Notes under the pieces: model-generated
Told to the model about the DNA's origin: nothing
Database searches by the model: none
Seen by the model: only the letters and a program-made list of their open reading frames with translations
DNA from: an uncultured delta proteobacterium
GTDB lineage: Bacteria > Myxococcota_A > Polyangia > Haliangiales > Haliangiaceae
DNA: 64,000 nucleotides
Assembly (NCBI GenBank): GCA_963848295.1
Contig: CAWKDB010000010.1
Location: 896,001-960,000, forward strand
Reading direction: 5' to 3'
Shown here: in pieces, positions 53,264 through 64,000 of the stretch
How positions within the stretch are numbered: the first letter of the stretch is position 1
How the letters are laid out: every line of letters starts with the position of its first letter
Position numbers and translations under genes: made by a program

Positions 53264-53356
53264 GCACCTAGACGAGCGATTTCACTGGCGCGCCGTGCTT
53301 CGCTCGCCAGGCTGACAATCAAGCACCGTGAGGACCGCGTCGTTCTGACACTCGCG

Positions 53357-53381
53357 GGCTGAACGCGATGGGCGTTCAGCC
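53357..53381 (-). terminator. Stem-loop downstream of smpB
   Basis: GGCTGAACGC-GATGG-GCGTTCAGCC perfect 10-bp stem 8 nt after the smpB stop; no U-tract. Confidence 0.5.
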
Positions 53382-53389
53382 GACGCGCG

Positions 53390-53866
53390 TTACTTCTGAT
53401 AACGAGACTTCGTCGCGCGATCGATCTCGCGCTGGTCGTCGGCGGCGCGCTTTGTTGCACGCTTGTCATGTTGTTTCTTGTGCGTCGCCAGGGCGAGCTC
53501 GACCTTGACGCGGCCGCCCTTGAAGTACATCTGCAGCGGGATCAGTGTGAATCCGCGTTGCTGGGTCTTGATCCCGAGCTTGTTGATCTCGTGCTTGTGC
53601 ATCAGCAATCGCCGAACGCGATCGATGTCGTGCCCCCAGCGATTGGCCTGCGCGTACTCCTGGATCTGGATGCCGTGCAGCCAGGCCTGGCCCTTGCGGA
53701 TCTCGACCCAGCCGTCGGCGATCACGACGCGCGCTTCGCGCAGGCTCTTGACCTCGGAGCCGACGAGCGCGATGCCGGCCTCGATTCGCTCGTGCAGCGA
53801 GAAGTCGTGGGTCGCCTTGCGGTTCGTCGCGATCGTCTTGATCGCTTTCTTGTCGGGTGTGGTCAT
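53390..53866 (-). CDS. smpB: SsrA-binding protein
   Basis: NRKA.H, EAGIAL.GSEVKSLR, RRLLMHK.EI, KKQHDKR. Confidence 0.97.
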   Translation of the reverse strand: MTTPDKKAIKTIATNRKATHDFSLHERIEAGIALVGSEVKSLREARVVIADGWVEIRKGQAWLHGIQIQEYAQANRWGHDIDRVRRLLMHKHEINKLGIKTQQRGFTLIPLQMYFKGGRVKVELALATHKKQHDKRATKRAADDQREIDRATKSRYQK

Positions 53867-54297
53867 TACCACTCGCCGACGTTCGGCATCGTCGTCCACG
53901 GCTCGCGCGGCGGCAGGGCCGGACCGCGCTGCAGCAGCTCGACCGAGATCTTGTCCGGCGACCGGACAAACGCCATGTGGCCATCGCGAGGCGGCCGGCT
54001 GATCGCGTAGCCGAGATCGATCAACCGCTGGCATGCGGCGTAGATGTCGTCGACCTCGTACGCGACGTGGCCGAAGTTGCGCCCACCGGGGTAATCCGCG
54101 TCGTGGCCCCAGTTGTGGGTCAGCTCGATCTGCGGCGCGTCGGCCGGCGATGGTCCCGGCGCGGCGAGGAACACGAGCGTGAACTTGCCCTGCTCGTGGT
54201 CGCGGCGGCGGACCTCGACGAGGCCTAAGCCTTCGCAGAAAAACCGCAAGGCCGCGGACAAGTCGCGGACGCGAACCATCGTGTGGAGGTAGCGCAT
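53866..54297 (-). CDS. gloA: Lactoylglutathione lyase (glyoxalase I, VOC family)
   Basis: [45 protein letters not shown]. Confidence 0.92.
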   Translation of the reverse strand: MRYLHTMVRVRDLSAALRFFCEGLGLVEVRRRDHEQGKFTLVFLAAPGPSPADAPQIELTHNWGHDADYPGGRNFGHVAYEVDDIYAACQRLIDLGYAISRPPRDGHMAFVRSPDKISVELLQRGPALPPREPWTTMPNVGEW

Positions 54298-54333
54298 AGC
54301 GACGTGGGTAGCAGATTTCGGTATCCTCGTGCC

Positions 54334-54747
54334 ATGAGCGAGTCGAACGTCCTCGTCAACTTCCGCCTCGATCGCGACCGTCCACTGCGGCTGCGCTGGC
54401 TCGCCACCGACGGCTCTCCCGGCGACGGCTACAAGCCGCAGGTGTCCGCGATCGTGCTCGCCGACGGCAGCAAGCTCGCGATGGATAGCTCTGCGATCCT
54501 CGAGCAGACCGCGCCCGATCCCGAGGGCGGCGTCGGCGCGTATCTGCTGACGTTCAACGGCATGGTCGGCTACGCCGCCGATCACCCCGATCGCGCGACG
54601 GTCGATGCGCTCGCCGAGCAGGACATCGAGTACGAGCTCGCGTTCCTGCACGACGACGACGGCCGGATCGCGGTCGAGGGAACCGACTACAAAGTGCTCG
54701 AGCGGCCCGCCGGTTACGCGCGCAAGCTGTCGCGCAAGGAAGGCTGA
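54334..54747 (+). CDS. Hypothetical acidic cytoplasmic protein
   Basis: Clean ORF with coding-like codon use, TATCCT 6 nt upstream, stop abuts the next ATG. Confidence 0.7.
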   Translation: MSESNVLVNFRLDRDRPLRLRWLATDGSPGDGYKPQVSAIVLADGSKLAMDSSAILEQTAPDPEGGVGAYLLTFNGMVGYAADHPDRATVDALAEQDIEYELAFLHDDDGRIAVEGTDYKVLERPAGYARKLSRKEG

Positions 54748-55640
54748 TGCGCGAGCACACGCCGAGTAAGACCGCGGCGTGGGTCGCGGTCGCGCGCGGC
54801 ATGGCCGATCGGCTGCCGATCGAAGCGCAGCTCGCGCTCGATCCGTATGGCACCGCATTCGAGGATCGGATGCGCATGCGCCTGCAGCACGCGCTCGAGC
54901 GGATCGGCGTGCCGCTCGAGAGGTTCCCCGGCGTGACCCGCTGGATCCTCTACATGCAGGTGCGTACGCGCGTGATCGACGATGCGTTGCGCGCGTTCGT
55001 CGCCCGGGGTGGCCGCCAGCTCGTCGTGCTCGGCGCCGGCTATGATTGTCGCGCGCTGCGCCTGCCCGAGCTCGCCGGCGTCCGCGTGCTCGAGGTCGAT
55101 CACCCGGCGACCCAAGGCCACAAGCGCGCCGTGCTCGACCGGTTGCGCGCCGTGTCGCCCTCCACGTACGTCGTGTGGAACTTCGAGGAGCGGCCGATGG
55201 CGGAGCTGCCCGCCGCGCTCGCCTCCGCCGGGCTCGATCTCAATGCGCCGACGTTCACGATCTGGGAAGGCGTCACGATGTACCTGACCGAGCCCGCGAT
55301 CGACAGCTCGCTGCGCGCGATCCGCGCGTGGAGCCCGCCCGGCTCGCAGCTCGCGATGACGTACGTGACGCGACGCAAGACCGCGCGACCGTCGATCACG
55401 ACCGCCGCGATCAGAGCCGTGGTCGCGCGGATCGGCGAACCGTGGCGCTGGTCGTGGGATCCGGCCGAGCTCCCCGCGTATCTCGCGCAACGCGGGCTCA
55501 AGCTCGAGCGCGACGTCACGATGGCCGACGCCGGGCGCGACTTGCTGCCCGCGAAGTTCGCAGCGCAAGTGATCGATCCCGAACGCCGGATCGCGCTCGC
55601 CGGCAGCGGCGAATCGGTCGCGATCGCCGGCAGCGCGTAG
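54747..55640 (+). CDS. SAM-dependent methyltransferase (leucine carboxyl methyltransferase-like)
   Basis: [41 protein letters not shown]. Confidence 0.9.
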   Translation: MREHTPSKTAAWVAVARGMADRLPIEAQLALDPYGTAFEDRMRMRLQHALERIGVPLERFPGVTRWILYMQVRTRVIDDALRAFVARGGRQLVVLGAGYDCRALRLPELAGVRVLEVDHPATQGHKRAVLDRLRAVSPSTYVVWNFEERPMAELPAALASAGLDLNAPTFTIWEGVTMYLTEPAIDSSLRAIRAWSPPGSQLAMTYVTRRKTARPSITTAAIRAVVARIGEPWRWSWDPAELPAYLAQRGLKLERDVTMADAGRDLLPAKFAAQVIDPERRIALAGSGESVAIAGSA

Positions 55641-55646
55641 ACCTGC

Positions 55647-56693
55647 TCACGCCTTTGCCGACAGCTCGTGCACCGCGGTGATCATCGCGCGGACGTGCTC
55701 GGGATCGGTCTCCGGTAACACGCCGTGGCCGAGGTTGAAGATGTGGCCGGTCGCGCCCGCACGCGCGAGGATGTCGGCGACGCGCGTCCGGATCTCGGCC
55801 GGCGATGCGAACAGTGCGCCGGGATCGAGGTTGCCTTGCAACGCGACCCCGTCGCCGACCCGGCGGCGCACTTCGTCGATGCCGACTCGCCAGTCGACGC
55901 CGAGCACGTCGGCACCACACGAGGCGTAGTCGTCGAGGTACGGCGCGCAGCCATTGACGAAGTAGATGACCGGCGTGCTCGGATACTTGCTCTTGACGTG
56001 CTCGATCACGCGGCGCGCATAGCGCAACGGATACTCGCGGAAGTCGCCCGGAGACACGATGCCGCCCCAGCTATCGAACAGCTGGACGCAGTCGGCGCCG
56101 GCCGCGATCTGCGCTTCGAGATAGACCGAGCAGGTGCGCGCGAGCTTGTCGAGCAACGCGTGGGCATCGCGCGGCGCGCCGTACAAGAGCCGCTTGGTAT
56201 GCGCGTAGTCTTTCGAGCCTCCACCCTCGACGGCGTAGGTCAGCATCGTCAGGGGCGCGCCGGCGAAGCCGATCAGCGGGACGCGTCCGGCGAGCGCGCG
56301 CTTGATCGTCTCGATCGACTTCATGACGTAAGGCACCGCGGCGTGAGGATCGGGGACGGCGAGCGCGTCGATCGCGGCGGTCGTCCGCACCGGATTCATG
56401 ATCTTCGGACCGCTATCCGGGAACGTCACGTCGATGCCCATCCCGGGCAGCGTGATCAGGATGTCGGAGAACAAGATCGCGGCGTCGAACCCGAGCTGAT
56501 CGATCGGCTGCAGCGTGACCTCGCAAGCCAGCTCGGGCGTACGGCACAACTCGAGAAACGAGGCGCGCGAGCGCACCTCGCGATACGCGGGCAAGTAGCG
56601 CCCGGCTTGCCGCATCATCCAGATCGGAGTGCGCTCGACCGGCTCGCGGCGACACGCGCGAAGAAACAGCGAATCCGCGGTGGTCTCGGCCAT
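55647..56693 (-). CDS. hemE: Uroporphyrinogen decarboxylase
   Basis: [40 protein letters not shown]. Confidence 0.98.
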   Translation of the reverse strand: MAETTADSLFLRACRREPVERTPIWMMRQAGRYLPAYREVRSRASFLELCRTPELACEVTLQPIDQLGFDAAILFSDILITLPGMGIDVTFPDSGPKIMNPVRTTAAIDALAVPDPHAAVPYVMKSIETIKRALAGRVPLIGFAGAPLTMLTYAVEGGGSKDYAHTKRLLYGAPRDAHALLDKLARTCSVYLEAQIAAGADCVQLFDSWGGIVSPGDFREYPLRYARRVIEHVKSKYPSTPVIYFVNGCAPYLDDYASCGADVLGVDWRVGIDEVRRRVGDGVALQGNLDPGALFASPAEIRTRVADILARAGATGHIFNLGHGVLPETDPEHVRAMITAVHELSAKA

Positions 56694-56821
56694 CGAGCGG
56701 CATCGTATCGCCCCGCTCCCGCGGCGTCTCGGAGAACATCGTAGTCCTGATCTGGCCAGGGCATTTCGTCGGTAGAGCGGGCGCGGCACGCTCGGGATCT
56801 GGTCTATGATTCCGCTGATCG

Positions 56822-58183
56822 ATGGCTGAAGGTGCGCTCGGCATCAAGTTGCGCTGTGCGTCGTGGCAGCAGCTCGCCACGATCTATCGGCGTGATCTGA
56901 GCAAGGGCACGATGTTCCTGAAAGCCTCGGCGCCGCCGCCGATCGGCACGTATGTCCGGATCGATCTCGAGCTGCCGAGCGCAACGGTCATCGAGCTGAC
57001 GGGCACGGTCGCCAAGCATGTCAACGATGCGCAACGCGGCTCCGGCGTCGAGCTCGCCCTCGATCCGTTGCCGACCAAGTCGGTGTGGCTGATCGAGAGC
57101 GCGCTCGCGGCCGACAAGAAGGTCGCCGCCGATACGCCCGGAGAGCCGAAGGTTCGCGCAGCGACCGCGTCGGGAGCGAACGCGATCGCCGAGGGTGAAG
57201 ACCTCGCGGCCGCCGAGACCGAGCTGATGCGCGCTCTCGAGTCAGAAGCGGAGTCGCTGCGCAAGCTCAACCCGTTCCTCGTGCTCGGCGTCGGCTATGA
57301 AGCGGGCGACACCGACGTGCGCGCCGCGTTTGGCGAGCTGACGAAGCGCTATCACCCAGATCGGTTCGCGCGCTACCAGTCGACGTTGCTCCGCCAGATC
57401 GCGGCAGAGATCTTCATCCTGATCCGCGACGCGTACCGGAAGCTCGCCGACGATTCGGGGCGACAACAAGCGCTCGCATCCGTCGGCAAGGCACCGGCGC
57501 GGGCCCCGGCGCGCGTCCAGACCCCGCCGATGGGCGTACCGCTGTCGCCCACCGCGCCTCGTCCGGCGACCGGACAGAGCCAGCCGATCGCCCGGCCACA
57601 ACCGCCGCCGCAACGGGCGACGTCGCTGCCGCGGGTCGCGCAGGTTCCGCCCAAACCCGAGGTCCACGACGCGCCGACCAAGCCCGGTGCGCACGAAGCC
57701 CCGACGAAGCCTGGCAGCCAAGGCGAGGCGCTCGCGAAGACGGACCTCGCGCGCGGCGACCAGCCGGCGCCCGCGGCGCCGCGTCGCGACCACAAGCCGA
57801 CGAGCCAGCTGCCGCCGCCGATGACCGCCGATGGCCGATCGCCGACCGGCGCGATGCCGGCCGCAGGCGACACCGCAGACTCCGCCGCGATCGAAGCGAT
57901 GATCGATGCCGGGCGAGTCGACGAGGCGCTCGTCGCGTACAAGGCGTTGGCGAAGAAGAATCCGCAGGATCGCATCGCGCGCGCCGGAATCGAGGTGTGC
58001 GAGGGCCTGCGCGGTCTCGCGAGCCGCGATCGGCTCGAAGCGGCGCAACGGTTCGAGGCAGCGCTCGAGATCGATCCGTCGAGCGAACGAGCAGCGCGCG
58101 AGCTCGCCGACATGCGGCGACAAGCGACGAACGAACGCAAAGGGCTTCTGTCCCGACTGATGGGCAAGAAGGAGCCGACCTAA
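56822..58183 (+). CDS. PilZ-like/J-domain/Pro-rich linker/TPR co-chaperone (copy B)
   Basis: Y.RDLSKG.MFL...PPIGT.V.IDLELP PilZ-like barrel; FLVLGV...KRYHPDRF...DAYRKL J domain; TPR-like helices; C-terminal [11 protein letters not shown]. Confidence 0.88.
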   Translation: MAEGALGIKLRCASWQQLATIYRRDLSKGTMFLKASAPPPIGTYVRIDLELPSATVIELTGTVAKHVNDAQRGSGVELALDPLPTKSVWLIESALAADKKVAADTPGEPKVRAATASGANAIAEGEDLAAAETELMRALESEAESLRKLNPFLVLGVGYEAGDTDVRAAFGELTKRYHPDRFARYQSTLLRQIAAEIFILIRDAYRKLADDSGRQQALASVGKAPARAPARVQTPPMGVPLSPTAPRPATGQSQPIARPQPPPQRATSLPRVAQVPPKPEVHDAPTKPGAHEAPTKPGSQGEALAKTDLARGDQPAPAAPRRDHKPTSQLPPPMTADGRSPTGAMPAAGDTADSAAIEAMIDAGRVDEALVAYKALAKKNPQDRIARAGIEVCEGLRGLASRDRLEAAQRFEAALEIDPSSERAARELADMRRQATNERKGLLSRLMGKKEPT

Positions 58184-58187
58184 CTTC

Positions 58188-59855
58188 ATGACGCGCATCA
58201 TCGGCATCGATCTGGGAACCACAACATCGTGTGTCGCCGTGCTCGACGACAAAGGCCAGCCGCGCACGCTGGTCGCCGCCGATGGCGAGCGCACGACGCC
58301 GTCGTGGGTCGCCTGGAGCGCGACCGACGAGCTGTCGGTCGGTACGCGCGCGCGACGGCAAGCGGTGACGAATCCATCCGCGACGGTCTACGGAGCGAAG
58401 CGGCTGATCGGCCGCAAGGTCAACACCGACGACGTCGCGTGGTTCGCGAAGCTCGCGCCGTTCCGCATCGTCGCGGCGCCGAACGGCGACGCCTGGGTCC
58501 GCATCCACGGGCGACCGATCAGCCCGCAGGAGATCGCCGCGCACATCCTGCGCCGGATGCGCCAGGTCGCCGAGGAAGCGCTCGGCGAGCCGGTGACGCG
58601 CGCGATCGTGACCGTGCCGGCGTACTTCGACGATGCGCAACGCCAGGCCACGCGCGACGCCGGCCAGATCGCCGGGCTCGATGTCGTGCGCATCCTGAAC
58701 GAGCCGACCGCGGCCGCGCTCGCGTATGGCTTTCACCGAGCTTCGGCCGGGCGGCGCGTGATCGCGGTGTTCGATCTCGGCGGCGGCACGTTCGACATCT
58801 CGATCATGTCGGTCGACCAAGGCATCTTCGAAGTGCTCGCGACCGGCGGCGACACCGCGCTCGGCGGCGAAGACTGGGATCGCCGGATCCTCGAGCGCGT
58901 CGTCGACGAGGTGTTCGACAAGTACCGCGTCGACCTCACCAGCCTGCCGATGGCGATGTCGCGCTTGCGCGAAGCCGCCGAAGCCGCGAAGAAAGTGCTG
59001 TCGACCGATCGCGACACGCTGCTCCAGCTCCCGTTCCTCGCGAACGACCAGCACGGCGCGCCGATCAACTACGAGCGCAAGATCACGCGCGACGAGGTCG
59101 AGGCGCTGACCAAAGAGCTCCTCGGCCGGCTCGAAGCGCCGAGCCGTCGCGCGCTCGCCGACGCTGGCCTCACCGCCGCGGACGTCGAAGAGGTCTTGCT
59201 CGTCGGCGGCATGACGCGCTGGCCCGCGGTGCAAGACGTGGTCGAGCGCCTGTTCGGCAAGAAGCCGAGCAAGGGCGCGAACCCCGACGAGGTCGTCGCG
59301 CTCGGCGCCGCGGCCTACGCGGGCATCCTCGCGGGCGACTCCGACGACGCCGCACTACTCGACGTCACGCCGCACGACATCGGCATCAAGGTCGGCGATA
59401 CCGGCTTCGCCGTGATGCTGCCGCGCAATTCGATGCTGCCGGTGCGCGCGCGCCGACTGTTCGCATCGACCACCGAGAATCAGAAGTTCGTTTCGATCGA
59501 GCTCTATCAAGGCGAATCGACCGACGTCACGAAGAACCGCAAGCTCGGCCAGGTCGTGCTCGACGATCTACCGCCCGGCCCTGCGGGCTCGGTGCGCGTC
59601 GAGCTCGTGATGACCGTCGATGTCGAGTCGATCCTCGGCGTCACCGCGCGCGAGCTGCGGAGCGGGCGCGAGGCCAGCGTGACGATCCGGCCGTCCGGCG
59701 GCCTGTCGCAGCGCGAGATCGTCGAGATCATCAATCGCCGTCGCCAGGAGAGCTCGATCGTCGGCAAGCTGCCACTCGAGGGAGGCGCGATCGTCCGAGT
59801 CGCGACCCGAGAGCAGGCGGCCGTCAAGCCCGATGACCCCGATGACAAAGCGTGA
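58188..59855 (+). CDS. Hsp70-family protein lacking the C-terminal lid (copy B)
   Basis: [43 protein letters not shown]; ends shortly after GGLS. Confidence 0.94.
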   Translation: MTRIIGIDLGTTTSCVAVLDDKGQPRTLVAADGERTTPSWVAWSATDELSVGTRARRQAVTNPSATVYGAKRLIGRKVNTDDVAWFAKLAPFRIVAAPNGDAWVRIHGRPISPQEIAAHILRRMRQVAEEALGEPVTRAIVTVPAYFDDAQRQATRDAGQIAGLDVVRILNEPTAAALAYGFHRASAGRRVIAVFDLGGGTFDISIMSVDQGIFEVLATGGDTALGGEDWDRRILERVVDEVFDKYRVDLTSLPMAMSRLREAAEAAKKVLSTDRDTLLQLPFLANDQHGAPINYERKITRDEVEALTKELLGRLEAPSRRALADAGLTAADVEEVLLVGGMTRWPAVQDVVERLFGKKPSKGANPDEVVALGAAAYAGILAGDSDDAALLDVTPHDIGIKVGDTGFAVMLPRNSMLPVRARRLFASTTENQKFVSIELYQGESTDVTKNRKLGQVVLDDLPPGPAGSVRVELVMTVDVESILGVTARELRSGREASVTIRPSGGLSQREIVEIINRRRQESSIVGKLPLEGGAIVRVATREQAAVKPDDPDDKA

Positions 59856-60391
59856 CCGAGTCGATCCGGCCGTGCTGGAGGTCGCCGATGCCGTCGGCGA
59901 GCTGATCGAGTCCTGGGGATTCAAGCGCAACATGGGTCGGATGTGGGCGGTGCTCTACCTCGAGGACCATCCGCTGACCGCCGCCGAGCTCGGCGAACGC
60001 CTCGGGCTGTCGACCGGCGCGGTGTCGATGCTGCTCGCCGAGCTGTCGCAATGGACGGCGATCAAGAAGGCGTGGGTCGTCGGCGAGCGGCGCGAGCATT
60101 ACGAAGCGGAGACCGACATCTGGAAGATGGTGTCGCGCGTGTTTCGCGAGCGCGAGCTGCGCTGGATTCGCACCGCGCGCGAGCGCGTTCGAGCACGGCG
60201 ATGAAACGCTCGAGCCTGCCGAGGGTCCGCGCCGCGAGCTGATCGCGAAGCGGATCGCGGGGCTCGTCCAGCTCGCACAGGTCGGCGCACATCTGCTCGA
60301 GTCGGTGCTCGAGGGCCAGGCCATCGACAACCTGCCGCTCAAGAGCATCGGCGAGATCGCGCGTGCGACCAAGAAAGGCGAGCGACGGTGA
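59842..60391 (+). CDS. GbsR/MarR-family transcriptional regulator (frameshift near 60190)
   Basis: [38 protein letters not shown]. Confidence 0.85.
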
Positions 60392-61382
60392 TCGTGGCCC
60401 GCGAGCTCGTGAAGCACTTCAAGGTGCATCGCCGGCCGCCAGGGTTTGCCGCCGCGGTGCAAGTCGCTGTTTCACCGCACGTACGACGTCGTCAAGGCGG
60501 TCGACGGCGTCAGCTTCTCGATCGAGCGCGGCGAGCGAGTCGGCTTCCTCGGGCCGAACGGCGCCGGCAAGACGACGACGCTCAAGGTGCTCGCCGGCCT
60601 GCTCCATCCGACCGCGGGCGAGGTCGACGTCGACGGGTTCGTGCCATTTCAGCGGCAGCCCGAGCTGCTGCGCAAGATCACGTTGGTGATGGGCCAGAAG
60701 TCGCAGCTGATCTGGGATCTGCCGCCGTCCGAGACCTACGCGATGAACCGCGCGGTGTTCGATGTCGACCGCGCCGAGTTCGACGCGACGCTCGCGGAGC
60801 TGACCGAGCTGCTCGAGCTCGGCGACCTCGTCGACAAGCCGACGCGCCAGCTGTCGCTCGGCGAGCGGATGAAGTGCGAGCTCGCCGCCGCGCTGCTCCA
60901 TCGCCCCGACGACGCTGTTCCTCGACGAGCCGACGATCGGGCTCGATGTCGCGATGCAGGTCGCGATTCGCGACTTCATCCGCAGCTACAACCAGAAGCG
61001 TGAAGCGACGGTGCTGCTGACGTCGCACTACATGGACGACGTCGTCGCGCTGTGTCCGCGGATCATCGTGATCGATGCGGGAAGGCTGATCCACGACGGT
61101 GACCTGCGCCAGCTGGTCAAGGCGATGGATCCCGACAAGCGGGTGACGTTCACGCAACTCACCGCGATCGCAGATGACGAGCTCGCGAAGCTCGGCCCCT
61201 TGCTCGTGCGCGACGGCCAGCGCATCACGATTCGCGTCGCCGAACGCGAGCTGCCGGGCGTGATCGGCCATTTGCTCGGGACGCTCAAGGTCGGCGATCT
61301 CGCGATCGAAGATCCGCCGCTCGAGGAGATCCTGCGCGTCATGTTCGGCAAATCGCGCGAATCTCGCGAGCACGTCGCGTGA
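60388..61382 (+). CDS. ABC transporter ATP-binding protein (frameshifts near 60455 and 60910)
   Basis: GPNGAGKTT, LSLGERMK, LDEPT (across the shift), LTSHYM. Confidence 0.92.
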
Positions 61383-62183
61383 GGTCGGCCACATCGCGTG
61401 CGCTCCGCGCCTTGCCGACGCTGTTGCGCGTCGGCGTCGCCGAGACCGTCGCCTATCGCGCCGAGTTCCTCGTGTGGATGCTGACGTCGACGATGCCGCT
61501 CGTGATGCTCGCGCTGATGTCGAGCATCGCGCGCGAGGCGCCGTTCAAGGGCTACACCGAGGCCGGGTTCGTCACCTACTACCTCTCGGTGCTGATCGTG
61601 CGTCAGCTGACCGGCAACTGGGTCGCCTGGCAGCTGGCCGAGGAGATTCGCAACGGCACGCTCGCGATGCGGCTGCTGCGGCCGATCCACCCGTTCATCG
61701 CGTTCGCGTCGAGTCACGCCGCCGCGATCCCGTTCCGCTCGGTGATCGCGTTGCCGATCGCGATCATCTTGCTCGTGACGACCGGCGCCCCGGGGCTCGC
61801 GAACCCGCTGCAGCTCGCGCTGGTCGTGCCGTCGATCGCGATCGCATGGGTGCTGACCTTCGCGATCCTGTTCGCGATCGGCTCGCTCGTCGTTCTGGAT
61901 CACGCAGTCGATGGCGGTCGCAAATCTATATTTCGGGCTGTACACGGTGCTGTCCGGCTATCTGATCAAGATCGACATGATGGGCCCGTTCGCGAAGGTC
62001 ATCTCGTGGTTGCCGTTTCGCTTCATGCTCAGTGCGCCGGTCGAGCTGATCACCGATCGGCTGACCGACCGGCAGATCCTCGAGATCATCGGCGGCCAGG
62101 TCGCGTGGACGACGGTGGTCGGCATGACCGCGCTGTGGGTGTGGCGCGCCGGCGTCCGCCACTTCGAGGCGGTGGGCGGATGA
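61379..62183 (+). CDS. ABC-2 family permease (DUF990-like), frameshift near 61890
   Basis: AYRAEF, EIRNG.L...LLRP, LPFRF...PVE. Confidence 0.85.
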
Positions 62184-62971
62184 TCCGGCGCTACTGGCGC
62201 GTGGTCGCGATCCAGCTGCGGATCAGCGCCGCATCGGCGATGGCGTATCGCGCGAACTTCTTGCTCGAAGGGTTCATGACGCTCGCCTGGATGTTCCAGA
62301 CGATGTTGCCCCTGTTCGTCGTGTTCAGCTCGCGCGACACGGTCGCCGGCTGGGACATTCCTTCGACGCTGATCATCATCGCGTACTTCACCGCGGTTCA
62401 CGCCGTGCTCGAGGGCATCATCAGCCCTTCGCTCGTCGATCTCGTCGAGCGAATTCGCAGCGGCTCGTTCGACTACGTGTTGCTCAAGCCGATCGACGCG
62501 CAGGCGATGATGTCATCGTCGCGGCAGGAGCCGTGGAAGGTGCTCGATCTGCTCGCCGCGCTCGCGATCGTCGTCTACGCGTTCATCCGCCGCGGCTATC
62601 CACCGGCGGCGATCGATGTCGCGCTCGGCATCGTGATGTTCTTCGCCGGCGTCGCCGCGATGTACGGCTTGTTCGTGATGTGCGCCGCGGCGTCGTTCTG
62701 GGTCGTGCGGCTCGACAACCTCACGTACCTGCTCGAGGCCGTGTTCGATACGGCGCGCTGGCCGATCCAGGTGTTCCGCGGCGCCTGGCGGTTCGTGTTC
62801 ACGTTCGTCGTCCCGCTCGCGCTGATGACGACGTTCCCCGCGATGGCGCTGCTCGGCCGGCTCGAGGCCCCGACCGCGCTCGCCACCGTCGCCGGCGCGC
62901 TCGCGATCCTCGCGGTCAGCCGGTTACTCTGGGTCGCGGCGATCCGCAGCTACACGAGCGCGTCGTCGTAG
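62180..62971 (+). CDS. ABC-2 family permease (DUF990-like), second subunit
   Basis: AYRANF, IRSGSFD..LLKP, ARWP, FTFVVP, RSYTSASS. Confidence 0.88.
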   Translation: MIRRYWRVVAIQLRISAASAMAYRANFLLEGFMTLAWMFQTMLPLFVVFSSRDTVAGWDIPSTLIIIAYFTAVHAVLEGIISPSLVDLVERIRSGSFDYVLLKPIDAQAMMSSSRQEPWKVLDLLAALAIVVYAFIRRGYPPAAIDVALGIVMFFAGVAAMYGLFVMCAAASFWVVRLDNLTYLLEAVFDTARWPIQVFRGAWRFVFTFVVPLALMTTFPAMALLGRLEAPTALATVAGALAILAVSRLLWVAAIRSYTSASS

Positions 62972-62985
62972 GCGACCAGAGCCGG

Positions 62986-64000
62986 CTAGAGCGTGTCGAG
63001 GAACGCGGCGAGGTCGGCGACCTGCTGGTCGTCGAGGTTCGACGTCTCGGCCATGCCGTGGACCGCGCCGCGGTCGTGGAGCAGGGCTTCGAGCGTCGCG
63101 GCGCTACCGTCGTGAAGTACGGCGCGCTCGCCGCGAGCCCGACCAGGCTCGGCGTCTTCGCTTCGACCAGCGTGCTGCCGGTGAACTTGTGGCGATCCTG
63201 ATCGCTGTAGTCGCTGCCGTCGTGGCAGCTGCGGCAGCCGGCGGCGTCGAACAGCTTTTGCCCCGAGCGACTTGGTCGGCGGGCAGCGTAGGCGTATGCG
63301 GCGCCGGCAGCTGGTCGAGGTACGCGGACAGCGCGTCGGTCTGCTTCTTGTCGAGGCCGCTACCTCCGAGGCGCTTCATCGTCGAGGTCAAGCTGGCCGC
63401 GAGATCCTTGTCGCTGCCGTCCCACTTGAACGGGTGCTGACCGGCGGTGCGACCCGCGAGCAACGGGGTCTGGAGCTCGTGCTTGTCGATGCGCCACGAC
63501 AGGCCGTCGGCGCGCGCGTCCGGGTGACAGCTCGCGCACGCGAGCCCGCCGCGCTTGCGAGATCATCGGGTCGCGACTCGTGGAACAGCACGAGGCCGTC
63601 GTGTTGCTGGGTGGTCAGCGCCGACGCGATCACGGTCGGGCCCGGGCTCAGCTTCGGCCCGGCCGCGAGCTGGCCCTTGGCATCGATCATGTCGACGCGC
63701 TCGACGTTGCGGGTGAACGAGCACCACACGAGCACCGCGCCATCGGCGGTGACCGCGAGGCCGTCGGGGCCGCACTTGTTCGCGCCCGAGGTCACGGTCG
63801 AGACCAGGCCCGGTTGGACGCTCGCTTGCGACGCGTTGCGAATCTGCAGGATCGAATCCGTGCCGAGGCCGGCGACGTACAGCGCGTCGTGCGCCGAGTC
63901 CCACGCCAGTGCGCGCGGCTGGTGCTGCGAGATCTGAGCGGTCGCTTGGCTCGACCGCTCGCCGTTGAACCCGACGAACGCGAGCTCTTGCGTGATCGGC
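62986..64000 (-). CDS. Di-heme c-type cytochrome (peroxidase-like) with preceding beta-propeller-like region; 5' end outside window, frameshifted
   Basis: Manual translation across shifts gives GLACASCHPD...PFKWDG and LFDAAGCRSCHDG...TPSL.G....PY(F)HDGS. Confidence 0.8.

Noticed and set aside
53236..53389. tmRNA (ssrA) next to smpB
   Set aside because: The gap is only about 150 nt, shows no tRNA-Ala-like ends, and is explained by a hairpin and a promoter.
61379..62971. Fused double ABC permease (530 aa)
   Set aside because: A frameshift near 61890 explains it; the real end of permease 1 is ORF 61911..62183, with an ATGA overlap to permease 2.

Overview
High-GC bacterial chromosomal window with no mobile elements, CRISPR arrays, rRNA or tRNA visible. 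The gene content suggests a myxobacterium (phylum Myxococcota, possibly Kofleriaceae/Haliangiales); this is an inference from eukaryote-like kinases, PEGA proteins, multiple Hsp70 paralogs, PilZ-like/J-domain proteins, a split nuo operon and Cys-rich lipoproteins. Housekeeping content: typA (3' part), malQ, nuoE-F-J-K-L-M-N, hemD-hemB, hemE, manC-manB-ROK kinase, a TolC/MFP/RND pump, pilD, proB-proA-rsfS-rlmH, smpB, gloA, an ABC-2 transporter and a di-heme cytochrome. Many single-base frameshifts occur, clustered at about 9.8-18 kb and 60-64 kb and scattered at 38-46 kb. They hit conserved genes and look like long-read assembly errors rather than pseudogenes; several apparent fusion ORFs in the track are artefacts of them. 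The best candidate for an under-described system is a chaperone module present twice about 12 kb apart: a PilZ-like/J-domain/TPR co-chaperone with a C-terminal amphipathic tail, followed by a lid-less Hsp70. One copy is in a tight operon with prepilin peptidase pilD and a catalytically dead membrane pseudokinase. Other notable signals: periplasm-facing extensions on three complex I subunits (including a signal peptide on NuoJ), a lipoprotein carrying a pilin-like head domain, pervasive leaderless-type promoters including overlapping bidirectional -10 elements, and a Fur-like palindrome in front of a TonB-dependent receptor.
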